The notes beneath the pieces are model-generated. The model did no database searches. It was not told where the DNA came from and saw nothing but the letters and a program-made list of their open reading frames with translations. From the human T2T-CHM13v2.0 reference genome, Homo sapiens, in NCBI RefSeq assembly GCF_009914755.1, contig NC_060934.1: 64,000 nt of DNA; one strand, given 5' to 3'. Below are positions 41,385-54,289 of the stretch, one piece after another. Position 1 is the stretch's first letter; each line of letters starts with the position of its first letter. The translations under genes and the position numbers were made by a program.

Positions 41385-41757
41385 TGTTATATTTTCTTCT
41401 TTTCCCTCCCTCTCGGTGCATGGCAGGACTGCTCTTCTCAGTCCCCTCGTGGTTGGGTATAGCTATGTGGCTATTTCTGGAGAATAAGTTATGGGTCGAA
41501 ATGATGCTTCACCTCCAGACCAGAGCTTTTAATTGCCAGGGTGGGATTCTCTACAGTGTTTTGCCTTCTGGCACAGTGACTGAAATCTCGTAGATATTGA
41601 TGGCCCCATCAGGCTGGATTCAGTGAGGAACAGAGCCCCTCTGATAGCCTGAAATGAACACGCAGCATGAGCAAGATAGAAATCTTTGTTGTCTTAAGCC
41701 ACTGACATTTAGAGGTTGTTTGTTACTACAGCATAACTTAGTCTATGCTGACTGACA
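41385..41757 (+). mobile_element. MLT1I-like MaLR LTR
   Basis: GAGCTTTTAATTGCCAG..GCATGAGCAAGA..TTAAGCCACTGA..GTTGTTTGTTACTACAGCATAACTTAG..TGACTGACAC. Confidence 0.75.
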
Positions 41758-43611
41758 CCCTGGATGTTCTACTGCCTGCTTTTCAGAGACTAAATGGACA
41801 ATCTGTGTATTTAGTTCTTCAAGGACAAATAGATACTCTCATTTTCCCTGATTCCAGACTTTGTATAGTTTGCCAAATTAGGTTTTAACGTTGGAGATGC
41901 TGACACCCAAAGTCTTAACCAGAGGAGCTGAGGTTGCTTCTTCCAGACTTTTATTCTCAAATGAATTTCATGCACTAAGGAGGGAGTATTGGGATACATC
42001 ATGTTGGGCATTTCTGCCAGTAACATGGAGACCAGGAGACAGACCTTCCTGAAGGAGGTGGTCTGAGGGAGATGGTTCAAAGAGTAAACAAACAAACAAG
42101 GAAGCAAACAACCACAAGCATTTGCCATCAGGAATAGATGGGGAGAGAGGAAGTGATCAAGCCCCAAGGGGACATTCCCGAAATGATGGTGAAATTTCCA
42201 TGAGGTCCATGTAACTGTTTCTTGTTACTTCATGCCTTTTTCCCCGAAAGGAACTAGAAAAACAACAACTTCCTCCTCATCCAGTAAGAGAAAGAACAGA
42301 TCTAACAAAAGCGAAAGGAAGCAACTCATCTCAAATTGGAGACACATAAAAAGAGGACTGCAGGGGCTTTCTCATACAGAGGGGTGCCCGGAACTTCACT
42401 ACTAGGACTGTGAGGAATCAGGAGTTTAGGCAGCCTGCCCATGTCTGGCCTCTGTGATTTCTAAGAGAAAACCCAGAAGAAAATTGTGTAATTTGCCAAA
42501 ATAGGTTTTAATAGATTTTAATGTTGGAGAGGAATGCTTATACCCAAAGTCTTAACTAGAGGAGCTGAGGTGGCTTGAAGGATGCCCTTCTCCCACACAC
42601 CCCCTTCCCCAGTCCCTTCTTAGCCCTGTCAGGAGCTTTAAGTATGTCTGCCAGCCCGCAAATCCTTTGCTGTTTCTATGGGGAGCTCAGCCGCTAAGCA
42701 CACTTAATGGATTCAGTTTTGGAGTGGCCAGGATTTTGCTGTGTGGCCAGATATCTATAAAGAAATGCATCTCCCAAGAGAGTGACAGATGTTCCATCTT
42801 TGTTATATATGAGTTTGTGAGAATAAAGCCTTAATGAGGGTGATTCTTAACTGCTTGGACTCTGGGAGGCAGCTTAGCTTTTTCACACAAGCGGTTGAAA
42901 TCTTTCTTAAATATTGAGATATCACACATCTTTCCTGCCATGGTCACTGGGTCTTCTTTATGCCAACAGGCAGGGTTCCCAGGGAGGGAGAGCTGGGCAA
43001 GGGCTCCCCAAAACTTTGCTTCTCTTAGAGGTATAACCACAGACAATTGATGGGCAGAGTTCACCATCATCACCTGATCTCTTCCTGTAGTTTCCAGGAC
43101 ACACTTCCTGGTTCCTTCCTCTTAGCCACTGGTGGGGCTTACCTTATAAATGGCCAATAACAGAAAATGCATATAACATTTGGGATAAGACAGGAATGGG
43201 TCTCAGTTCTCCACTCAATTTTCCCTGTCCTGCATACCCAGCAGGTTGTGAGGCCAACAGAGACACCGGAGGTGGGAACACCATGTACAGTGGGAACCCA
43301 TGTTCCTTTGTCGTTACTGCTGTTGGTGGTGGCTGCAGTTTAGCTAGGAGAGCTAAAAGGCAGAACAACTAAGAGAGTGGAAAGAGCCATCCCCAAACCT
43401 CACAGTTACATAATTACAGTTATATAATAGGTGCAGAGGAGAGCTGTGCCATTCCCCTGCCTGCTCCCTCTGCCTCCCATAGTCCCACTTTTGTTAATCC
43501 ATCCTGAGACACCAACCCCCAGCCCATGACACAGTGGGGCAAAAGGTGGCATGAAGGCTGTGCTGTCTCAGATTTCAGAGCCCCTTCAAAATGTGTTGAT
43601 GAATGATAATC

Positions 43612-43810
43612 AGGATTGAATTCCGTGGTTGTCAGTTACAAGCTGTGTGGCCTCTGCTAAGTGAGTAAACCTTTTTGAGCTGTTTTCCCCTCTATCATAT
43701 AAGATGGGGTTGATAATCATAGCACTTATCTCTATAGAGTGGCCATAATAGTTAAATGGAATAATGCATACAGGGTCCCTAGCCTGCTGCTTTGCATATA
43801 GCAATATATG
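43612..43810 (+). mobile_element. MIR
   Basis: TTACAAGCTGTGTGGCCTCT..AACCTTTTTGAGCTGTTTTCCCCT..AAGATGGGGTTGATAATCATAGCAC. Confidence 0.75.
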
Positions 43811-43859
43811 CTTATTATTTTTGTTTTGAAAAAGAGAAAGCGAGAGAAGAAAAGATGGG

Positions 43860-44172
43860 TGTTTTAGTCCATTCTGGCTGCTATGACAAAATACCACAGA
43901 CTGTGTGGCTTATAAACAGTAGACATTTATTTCTTACAGTTGTGGAGGCCGAGAAGTCTGATGTGATATTTAGTGAGGGCCCATTCCCTGGGGCTTAGGT
44001 GGTGCCTTCTGGCTGTGCCCTCACATGGAGCAAGGGGCCGGCAGCTCTCAGGGGTCCCAATCAGGACCCACACTCAGGACCTAGTCACATCCCAAAGGCC
44101 CCACTGCTAACACCATCACATTAGCTTCCAGCATGTGAATTTTTGGAGAGCACGAACATTCAGACTACAGCA
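43860..44172 (-). mobile_element. MLT1A/MST-type MaLR solo LTR
   Basis: TGTTTTAGTCCATTCTGGCTGCTATGACAAAATACCACAGACTG..AACATTCAGACTACAGCA. 5-bp TSD ATGGG/GTGGG. Confidence 0.85.
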
Positions 44173-45160
44173 GTGGGAGTGGCACATGATGTGATGGGTA
44201 GATTTTGTTCCTCATGAACCTTAAAAAGGTCCACCGAATGCATCTGACTCTCTAATCACAGAAACTGGTGGTCCAAGGGGGACGTCACTGTCTTTAGGAT
44301 CTATGACCCAGCTCCATCTAAGTAGTGACTGCTTTGAAGAAGAACTTCTGCTGAGAGCTGTATTTATCAGCCCCTCAGACAGTCCTTGGACGGTGCAGGT
44401 TTTGGGGGGGCTTTTGACCTCCCTGAGGGGAGGAAGTGGGTATTGGACCAGGACAATCCTCCCTGTGTGTCTGCTGGCAGATGCCAGGCTTGCATATACT
44501 TTTTTCCTTTTTCAAATATGAGCAAACATTAAAAAGAAGTTCCCATGATATAGCTCTGCAGTTCAGAGAAAATAACATGTTATCTGGAGGATGGAGGACT
44601 TAGAGAAAGAGCAGATCTCTAAAACCTTTTTCTGCAGGAAACAGAAGAATGTTTTGTAAAACATCTGCCTGGTGTCCTCAAAAAGGCAAGAAGACTGGAA
44701 TTCTATGAAATGGGAGCAAAATGCCACAGAAAAAACATACGGATTCTAGGGAGGGTGGAGCCAAACGCGAACCCCTATGACAGAGTTCAGGGCTCTCCCT
44801 GCCGTGCTCACCGTTGCCTTTGTGGGAGAGCTGTCTATAGGAACCACATGCAGGGGCAGGGGTGAGCTGCTCCTACAAGGCCACCTGGTCACAGAGCCAT
44901 GACAGGCACTGCCCCAGAAACACAGGACATAAACCACTCAGCACCGAGCTGGAACCTCCTGTCACCTCTACCTCTAGTTCTAAATTTATCCCCACCTCCC
45001 CCACACTCCTGGAAACTCACCTGGAAAACGGAATGCCTAGGAATTTCAACTTCTCCATTCTTTGATCCTAGCTTGAGAAAGTCTAACCAGAAGCCAGCAG
45101 CCTCTGACAGACCTCTCCCAATGCTGCCTGGACCTCCCTTTATAAGGATAAACAGGCCAA

Positions 45161-45161
45161 A

Positions 45162-45186
<25 letters not shown>
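45161..45186. repeat. (TA)n microsatellite
   Basis: TA run. Confidence 0.95.
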
Positions 45187-45192
<6 letters not shown>

Positions 45193-45239
45193 AAATAAAA
45201 AAAATCACCCTGCACCTGACATGTTCCTCGAGGAAGCAG

Positions 45240-46760
45240 GTTGACTCCAAGAGAAAGGGGAAATCATTTGAAAATCTGGACTTGGATTCTCAATAAAATG
45301 TAAGATGTAAGTTTATGAAAGAGAACGATCTTTGACAAGCGTTCCATGGACTTAAAATGAAAAACACAGTTGCCAAAAATAAAAATGGCACAAAAGGCAC
45401 AATCAGCAGATTGGGTGGTGCAGAAACTTGCCTGAGCAAAAGATTGGCTGGTCATTGCCATGTGGCTATTAAAGCACAGCATAGAAGTCCTCCCACAGGA
45501 AAAGAAGAATTATAGATACACACAGAGGATGTACACGAAGATGAGACGCCAAGGTTCGATACAGAGAAGTGCAGATACTCCCAGGGAAGATCACAGAAGG
45601 GGGCACACAGACGGCTGCGGCAATGCACAAAGCTACAGAACCGCAGACGTGGGTCCTGCACAATGTTCGAGAGTTTCTCAAATGGAACAAAACCGGAAAC
45701 AAATGGCAAAAGGGTAAGCAGGCACACCTTGAAAACCCCAGAATACTTAAAAAAAAAAAAAAAACAAACAAACTCCTGATATCACACAGAAAATCAGCAC
45801 TGCACTTACAGACTATTTAGAGAATAATAACCAAAATTTAAGAGTATGTGGCTGAAACTTAAGGAACATATTTATTTTATTGAAACTCTTCCAGAAACTG
45901 TTGCAGAAAGGAATAAAGTTTCCTAATCTCCTTAACAGAGATGGCCTAAACCTGATAAAAACATAATAAAAATAACATTTAAAACATAAAACTATAGCAC
46001 AATCTCCAGGATGAGTGCATTCAGTGTTATAAAGATGTCAGCTCTTTCTACTGATATGCAAACTTAGTATAACTCTAGTCAATAGCCTAACTTAATTTCT
46101 TTTCAGAACTTAGCCAAGGGGTTCTAAGTTTATCAGGAAGTGAAACATGCAAGGAAAGCCAAGAAAATTCTGGAAAAGACAGCAATTGTCTGGTAATTGC
46201 TGTAGCTATTAAAGAGTATCACCATGTTTCAGTGATCAGAATAGCCTTGAGTCAACCCCAGGGGAGACTGATCAATGGGGAGAGGCAGAGCAGAAACATG
46301 CATCCAGAAACAGATGCATATATGCAGGAAGATTCCTAAAATTAATAAAAATGGTGTTTAAGTCAGCATAGCCAGGGTTTATTACTCAGTATGACACATT
46401 AGCCCAGCTCGTTACTTATTTGGCAAAACACTGGCAACAAAAATTACAACAGTAATAAGTATAAATCTTTATCAGATTAATTATATGTAAAAAAAGCCAT
46501 GAAAACATTACAAGGAATTGCAGGATAATAATTTTGTAATTTTAGGCTGGGGTAGGCTTCTCAAACCAAGATTTTAGAATCAGAAACCTTAAGGGAAAAT
46601 GCGATAGAATTGACTCAAATTAATGAAAAAACTCTTCGGAATGGAAAATATTATAATAAAAATTTCAAATAAAGCTGAATTGGGAAAAATAAGACAGAAG
46701 ATTAATATTATCAACATGCACAGAGCTTTGCAAACCAATATGAAAACTACCAACACTCTA
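45240..46760 (+). mobile_element. Very old L1M sense fragments
   Basis: A-rich. AAGGAAAGCCAAGAAAATTCTGGAAAAGA and CATCCAGAAACAGATGCATATATGCAGGAA are ORF2-like motifs. Confidence 0.55.
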
Positions 46761-46761
46761 A

Positions 46762-47139
46762 TTGTGGTGGGTGCTGTGGTCCATACCTACATCCCTCCTT
46801 CAGGACTGAATTCCTATTCCCCAGCTGCCAAGAAGTTGGCAGCTAAAGGCTCACAGTGAGTCCTTTCCCAGGAATTGCCCTCTGCTGAAGAAAGCTGCCT
46901 CCTACAGGGTTGAAGACCCCCCTAAGTGGTAGTTTGCCTCCAGTGTGACCCACCTGTGCAAGGCTGTCCTAGCTCCAGGGCACCCCTGTTGTGGGCTCTG
47001 TGCCTCTGCCTCCACCCTGCCTCTACCCTGCCTCTGTCCTGCTGCCCTCCCTTCCTCCAGGCATTGCTCTGAGAGCCCCAGACATCCTGCATGCACATCT
47101 CTGTTTCAGAATCTCTTTCCTAGGCAACCTGACCTAAGA
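46762..47139 (+). mobile_element. LTR16A-like ERVL LTR
   Basis: TGTGGTGGGTGCTGTGG..CCTTCAGGACTGA..GGCTCACAGTGAGTCC..GGAATTGCCCTC; ends TTCCTAGGCAACCTGACCTAAGA. Confidence 0.8.
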
Positions 47140-47438
47140 AACCAACTAGATAAAAATGGACAAGCGACATAAGCACAGATCACATACACAAAAAGGAAAA
47201 AAAAATCCTAAACAAGATGGTAAATTAGCATTGAACATGTGGAACAATGCCCAGGTGGAGTGAAGCAACATGAGAAGCAGGGCTGTTTGAGAAGGTAATG
47301 AACACAGCATTTCTGTATGGAAATTGAGGAGTATGTGTGAAAATCTAGAAGGTTTTTCTTGGGAAATCTCTTATGAATTTATCCTAAGAAGATAACTGTA
47401 CAAACAGATGTATTAGCCAGGATTCTCCAGAAAAACAG

Positions 47439-47440
<2 letters not shown>

Positions 47441-47479
<39 letters not shown>

Positions 47480-47482
47480 TGT
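47441..47482. repeat. (GT)n microsatellite
   Basis: GT run. Confidence 0.95.
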
Positions 47483-47490
47483 ATAAAGAG

Positions 47491-47788
47491 TTTTTTATTT
47501 TGAGACAGGGTTTCACTCTGTTGCCCAGGCTGGAGTGCAGTGGCATGATCATAGCTCACTGCAGCTTTGAACTCCTGAGCTCAAGCTCTTCCTCCCTTAG
47601 CCTCCCAAGTAGCTGGGAGTACAGGCCTGCATGACCATGTCCAGCTAATTAAACTTTTTTTTTTTTTTTGGTAGAGATGAGATTTTGCTATGTTGCCCAG
47701 GCTGGTCTTGAACTCCTGGCCTCAAGCATTCTTCCCTCTTTAGCCACCCAAAGTGCTGGGATTATAGGTGTTAGCAACTGTGCACAGC
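47491..47788 (-). mobile_element. AluJ (AluJo/Jr-like)
   Basis: GATCATAGCTCACTGCAGC is diagnostic. TATAAAGAG is duplicated on both sides. Confidence 0.9.
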
Positions 47789-50700
47789 TTTATATAAAGA
47801 GATTTATTATAAGGAATGGGCTTACATCATATGGAGGCTGAAAAGTCCCTAGATATGCAGTTGGCAAGCTGGAGAGCCAGCAGGAGAGCCCTCGGTGTAG
47901 TTCCAGAGTCTGAGTCTGAAGGCAGGAAAAGACCGAGGTCCCAGCTCAAGGCAGTCAGATAAGAGGCGTTTCTTATTTCAGCCTTTGTGTTCTATTCAGG
48001 ATTTCAATGGATTGAATGAGACCCAGCCACGCCGGAGAGGGCAATCTGCGTTACTCACTTTACCAACTTGGATGTGAATCTCACGGAGAGGCTCCCCCAC
48101 AGACATACCCAGAATACTATTTGACCAAATGTCTGGATATCCTGTGGCTCAGTCAAGTTGTTACATAAAATTAACCATCCCTACTGGTATGCACAGAAAC
48201 ATTAGTTGGAGCACGGCAGTTTGTGTTCATTCACAGCACCCTGGGTACATAAATAAATCCACAGCCAAGCAAAGGATTGCGCCGAGGCTGTAGCAAAGCA
48301 AGCAGGAGGGCGCGGCCCAGGAGATGTGAGCTCCCATACTGCTCGCAGCACTGGGACCCAGCATCCCCCTCAGCAATAGCCCAGAATACACAGGGCATCA
48401 AGAGCCCTGCCCTGCAAAGGGAGGGCAAACCTCCCATTCCTGGTGCTTTAAGTGGACCCAATCCCTGGCTGGAACTTGAAGGCAGGCCACAGAAACAGAC
48501 TATTTCCGCCCTTTACTACTCGTACTTGTCTCAGCCCATCTGCTCACACCTTATCCTTCGGGTTCCTAACCCCACTATCTGTACCCAGGTCTTATATTAG
48601 CATTTTCCCCCTGGCCACTCAACTTAATGCATGTTTAGATTCACTTTTGGGGCTTCATGAAGTTCCGACTTTCTTTGGGCACTGGACACTGCATCGTGGA
48701 ATCCCTACATTCTTTGCAAAAACTTCCTTACTCCAACCCACGTCGCAAGGACCTCCCACTCATGACTATGCAGAGTTGGGGATTTGGCCTAACCCAGCAG
48801 GCTGGCTTCTCCTGCAGATGCGCCAGGCATCCCGTCACATAATCAGCATGCCTGCTTCTGGAGAGGGACCACTCATTGTGTTGGGCTCCCTTGCGAGCTC
48901 AGCACTGAGATGGTCCTAGGAGTTTCTATCCCCACATTGCACCTGGAAATCTCATGGTCCTTGACAGCCACAGGTTTCCAGTGGCAGCTCATGAGGCCTC
49001 CAGATAGGTGGCAGGGACCGAAATACTTCACAGCTTTTCCACGGACAAAGATCAGCAATTTGTTTTTAAAATAAAAAGTCAATGTTAAAGTGAAGTTGGC
49101 ATCAGGTAATTGAGATGCTATCAGGATCCTGAGTGGGGACTGAACACATGCAACCACACAGTGTAGTATTTTTAGGCAATTGCTCACTCATTTGAGAAAA
49201 CACAGTGGGTAAAACTGTTTCCCTTGTGGTGACTGTTGGACTTCCTGCATTTTCAGAGGTTTTCTGTATTTTCATAGGAGTCCCATTTCCTTTTAAGAAC
49301 CAGATTGCCAATGCCCCATTAGTTAGCTTTCCACTCCAACAGGCCGCTTGCTCTTTTGCCTTTCCCTCCCCTTCTCTTTTAAACCAATTAATTAAAAAGC
49401 TTTACAAAAACAATACATGCTAACGTGAAAAATTAAAGCAGTATAGAAAACTACAACACAAAAAGGAAAAGCTCCTCTGCCCTCAGCTCCTACACTCCTC
49501 AGAGGTGGCCATCATGAACATTGGCTTCTTTCTAGAACTTTTCCTGCATAGACAATCAGAGAAACATAGATTGATAGACTGATTTATGCAAAGATGGCTG
49601 AATAATGATGTTTAATGCTCTGTTACTTGCTTTTTCCTACTTAATTTATGCTAGACATGATTTCACAGCAGTTGTCAAGGAGGTCTATCACCCTTTTCAA
49701 CATTTGCATTTTTTCAATTATAAATAAAAAATTAATTAATTAAGAAACACTTGCATTTGGTTCTACTGTAGAAGTGTACCATCATTTGTTTAACCAATAT
49801 TCCACAGATTGACTTGTAGATTACTTCAGAGGTCTTAATATTAAATGTTCCAGTAAATATCCTCAGGCATGTGTTTTTGAAGAACAGGGCTAGTGTATCA
49901 ACAGGAGATTGTTTTATAGGTCTTTATAAAATTAAACTGTTTTCACTGGTATAAAAATTTAATAATTGTCAAATAAAATGTTGCTCTTTTAAAGTTTCTT
50001 CTCATTATCAAATGACGCTTTTTTTTTTGTCTTGGTCTTCTATAAACCTGCCCTTAAGCTGTGACAAAATTAATTTAAAAAAATCGATGTTGGTCCATGG
50101 GATCCATAAATTCTTTTTATAGATCGTTTAACAGAATTCTGTGTCGTGGGCGAGGCTCCAGGCTGGTGTGCAGCGGTGCGCTCCTGGGTCTGTGAGTGGG
50201 CATTCCTCAGAATCCCCACAGCCTGACCTGCTGCCCTTTGCTGGTTTCACTTGAAGCTATTATTCCAATTGACTCACTCTTGGCTGACATCTGGATGCGT
50301 TTTATAACAGACTGTTTTCATAACTCCACAAAAAGGTTCTCAGGATTAATACTTGTTTATTTTCATTTTCCATTGGACCTTAAATTAGCTAGCAGCCAAT
50401 ACTGGCACAACCCCTTACTGGAAGCCATTTTACCTAAGTGGAGGGGATGGCAAATCCATCCAACCTTGGGTTTTCTGTTGCTTTAAAACCTCTTGCCAAC
50501 CAACTATTCCAGAGTGGCTGTCAAATCAACCAATAGCAAAATATTTGGGAGTATTTGTCAGTTAGCTGGGGTAGAAGCAGCCAGATGTGTGGATAGGTCA
50601 TACAGTTACCTTCCCCGTGTAAGTTGGGGCCAGGGTAACCCATGGACATGTGTGCATGTACAACACAGGTGCATGTACAGCCAAGCATACAGGTGCCAAG

Positions 50701-51664
50701 ATATTTTATTGGGATATTATGTGTTTTCTTCTCTCTGTTGTAGGTATTTTTTTTTCCTCTCCCACCTGAAAATTTTTTCTTTGCTTTTTGAGATTGTACT
50801 TTCAAAGACATTCAAGACACCCAGATTTTAAATTCAGGGTGTTAATCCAGGGTTTTGTTTTTGAAGACCTGGGATCATTGAAGGGATTAAGTTAGATTTT
50901 CCTAGAGGAAAGAGGCAAGTGACTGCCTTTGAATTTAAGGATTGTCTGTATACGTGTGTGTGTGTCTGTGTGGTGGAGGAGGGGGTTGTTTGCCCTTTAA
51001 CATTTGTTCTTTTAAGGTTTCTTCTCATTATCAAGTGACACTCTTTTTTTTTTGTTCTATAAACTTACCACTGAGCTGTGATAAAATTGATCATTTAAAA
51101 AAATATGTGTTGATCTGTTGTGATCTATAACTTATTTTCTTATAGATTATCATGGGCACAGCTCAAGGCTAGTGGTACAAGAGCACCCCTTCCCAGCAAA
51201 TTAAAAAGCCTGTTATTTTTGCAAAAGCATTAGAAGCTTTCAACAATGTTGTCAAGAGCCTTTCTTAACTCTTTGGTGACTGGTCTGAGTCAGTCACAGG
51301 TGGAAGGTGTGATGTGATCAGACAGGCCCTGACATTTCTTGTGAACTCATGAAATCCTGCATCTTTTCCAAATGTGCAATTTTGTTTTTGAAATTAATTT
51401 TTATTATCTTCACATTGTGTTGGATGATCAGAGGATTATAATTATTCCCTGCCCCAGGGGAGAGTATTGCAAAGGTACATAGGGCATGAACGTGGGGAGG
51501 GCAAGAAGTGTGCCCAAAGCGTGCTATAGCACAGTGTGTGTTCCACTCCTCATACAGCAATGAACTGGTGAAGGAGTTAAAATCTTAATGATTTCCAAAT
51601 GATCAACAGTTTTTAAAAACATAAATATGCAGCATGAGAGCCTACATTTGTACAAGTGTATGGT

Positions 51665-51665
<1 letters not shown>

Positions 51666-51693
<28 letters not shown>
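51666..51693. repeat. (TG)n microsatellite
   Basis: TG run. Confidence 0.95.
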
Positions 51694-51696
<3 letters not shown>

Positions 51697-53078
51697 AACA
51701 TGCTTGCATGTATGTGCTCACAAATGGGGAGGAAGCACAAGAGGCAAAAGGCAATGGTTTGTTTCCTTTTTGAATTTAGGAGGTATGTTCAAGACAAGGA
51801 AGTTCTTTTCTTATCTTCATCAGACTACTGGAAAATGGAATAAAAATACAAACCATAAACTTCAGGCACTCAAGTTTCTGAGTTAAGAGTAGCATTCAAA
51901 TGTTATTCCAAACCTCTATGGTCATAAGATTTCTATATTTTAAGTTGGGTGGTACAATACTAGCTCTAAGTAGGCGGTAAAAGTTAAGGAAATGTATTGT
52001 AATTTCTAGAACAATCACTCCAAATGTAATGCGATGAAGTATTGCTAAAAAGCCAACAGAAACATTAAAGTGGAATTCCAGACACTTCAAATAAACAGTC
52101 AGGAAAGCTGAGGATAATTCATTTAAAGTGTCTAGGGGCAGATAACAGGCCTTAAATGAATGGTTAAAGAAAAGTCAGCAGAAGAGAAAAGCAAAACAAA
52201 AACAAAAAGAAAGCACTCTGTATTTCCTCTCCTAAACATTGTTTAAAAAGCAGCTTGCAGGATATAGAGAAAATTCTTTTGGAAGAACGCTTGCTTAAGT
52301 AAGGTACCTAAATATCTTACCTAAATAAGATATTTTCGAACAACAAATACTCATACTTTTAAAGAAATACAACCACAAGCTCTGCAACTTAGAGATCAAA
52401 AAATGAGAGGCAAGGAGAATTGATACATGGAGAGGAACAAATATAGCACCACAGGACTACTGAGTTTATTAGAATTGATGTTGTCAAAAATGGAACTGTC
52501 ATATGGATGAGATTTTAGAAATTATACAGTATGCAAAGGTTAGAGGGGGATTTGAATACTATGGTAAGTACAAGCAACAGGCAAATGTGTTCCAGTGCAC
52601 CACTGATGCACTTCAAATAGAGAAAAGAGCACTTTGGAACAAAAAAATTATAGTTAGAAAGGATTTTTAAAATAGTTTAAAAAAACTTTCCGGAAATGAC
52701 AAAAGATCTGAATTATTAGATAAGAGTGCTTATCATGTCTTAGGAAAAAGAAAGTAACCATTCACCAAGACATGTTCCATGGAAGCGACTATACTTCAAA
52801 AATGAATATAAATCCTGTCAGCACCAGAAAGAAGAAAATCATTTATAAGGGGAAAAAGATCATTCTTGCTCCAAATTATCCCAACAATATTTGGGAAGGA
52901 AAGACAAAAGGGAGTGAGAGAAAAAGATTGTGATCCAAGAATTCTGTATATTTGGGTTGCTAGTCATCTGAAAAAACAATGAAATAATTTTCCAACAAAC
53001 AAGAAAAAAATTAATCCTTTGTAAGATACTCGTGACCTTTCTTGCCATGCTAATATGGAAAACTTTGGATAAGCGTAG

Positions 53079-53691
53079 TGTATTAGTTAGGGTTCTCTAG
53101 AGGGACAGAACTAATGGAATAAATATAAAATTCTGCTTGTTTAGTTTCTCTGAACAATGCTGTAATAAGCATTGGTGCCTCATTTTATGGGCCCTAGAGG
53201 ATACCTACATGTGATGATTAAAGCTGAGTGTCAACTTGATTGGATTGAAGGATACAAAGTATTGATCCTGGGTGTGCCTGCCAGGGTGTTGCCAAAGGAA
53301 AGGGGAGTTTATTAAGTATTAACTCACACGATCGCAAGGTCCCACAGTAGGCCATCTGCAGGCTGAGGAGCAAGGAGAACCAGTCCCAGTTCCAAAACTG
53401 AAGAAATTGGAATCTGGTATTTGAGGGCAGGAAGCATCCAGCACGGGAGAAAGATGTAGGCTAGGAGGCTAGGCCAGTCTCTCGTTTTCACATTTTTTTC
53501 TGCTTGCTTATATTCTAGCCTCGCTGGCAGCTGATTAGATTGTGCCCACCCAGATTATGGGTGTGTCTGCCTTTCCCAGCCCACTGACTCAAATGTTAAT
53601 CTCCTTTGGCAACATCCTCATAGACACACCTAAGATCAATACTTTGTATCCTTCAATCCAATCAAATTGACACTTAGTATTTACCATCACA
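53079..53691 (-). mobile_element. MLT2A (MLT2A1-like) HERV-L solo LTR carrying an internal inverted insertion
   Basis: TGTATTAGTTAGGGTTCTCTAGAGGGACAGAACTAAT..CTGCCTTTCCCAGCCCACTGACTCAAATGTTAATCTCCTTTGGCAAC..ACCATCACA. 5-bp TSD CGTAG/TGTAG. Confidence 0.92.
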
Positions 53692-54289
53692 TGTAGGTAT
53701 CCTCTAGGGCCTGTAAAATGAGGCACCATGGATAACGATCTTTGGACAAAAATGCTTATTACAGCATTGTTCAGAGAAACTAAACAAACTGAACACTTTT
53801 CAGTAAGGGAACTGTTAAATAGGTTCTGTTCATCCATAGCATAAACTATAATGCAGTGGATAAAAAGAGGAGAGAGAGAAAGAGAGAAGTAGCAGGATTT
53901 CCTTCTGATATTGTTGAGTGGGAAAAGTAAAATGAAGAAAGCACATACAACATACTACCATCCACTCATAAGTATTACATATTGTATATATGTACATACA
54001 CATATACAAAGATGAATGGACATTTGTATATGATTGTGAGAGCAGGGGGCAATATGGAAATCAGCACAATTTGTTATCAGCATGGATGGCTGGAGTGTGG
54101 TGAGGTGGGCTTAGAGGGTGATGTGGGTGCAGGGAGGAAGGATGAAATAAAAGGGAGAGAAAAGGAAATAGGAGAAAAAAAGGACTGCAAAGAGAAATAA
54201 ACAGTATGTTTTATGTATTCATGTAAAGATAGATATGCATGCTTGAAAGAAGACATGAATAGGGCATTACATATATTTTTCATTGAAAT

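Larger units (their letters stand above)
47409..48180 (-). mobile_element. MLT2B-type ERVL LTR, interrupted by (GT)n and an AluJ
   Basis: TGTATTAGCCAGGATTCTCCAGA..GAGATTTATTATAAGGAAT..CAGTCAAGTTG..CATAAAATTAACCATC. Confidence 0.85.
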
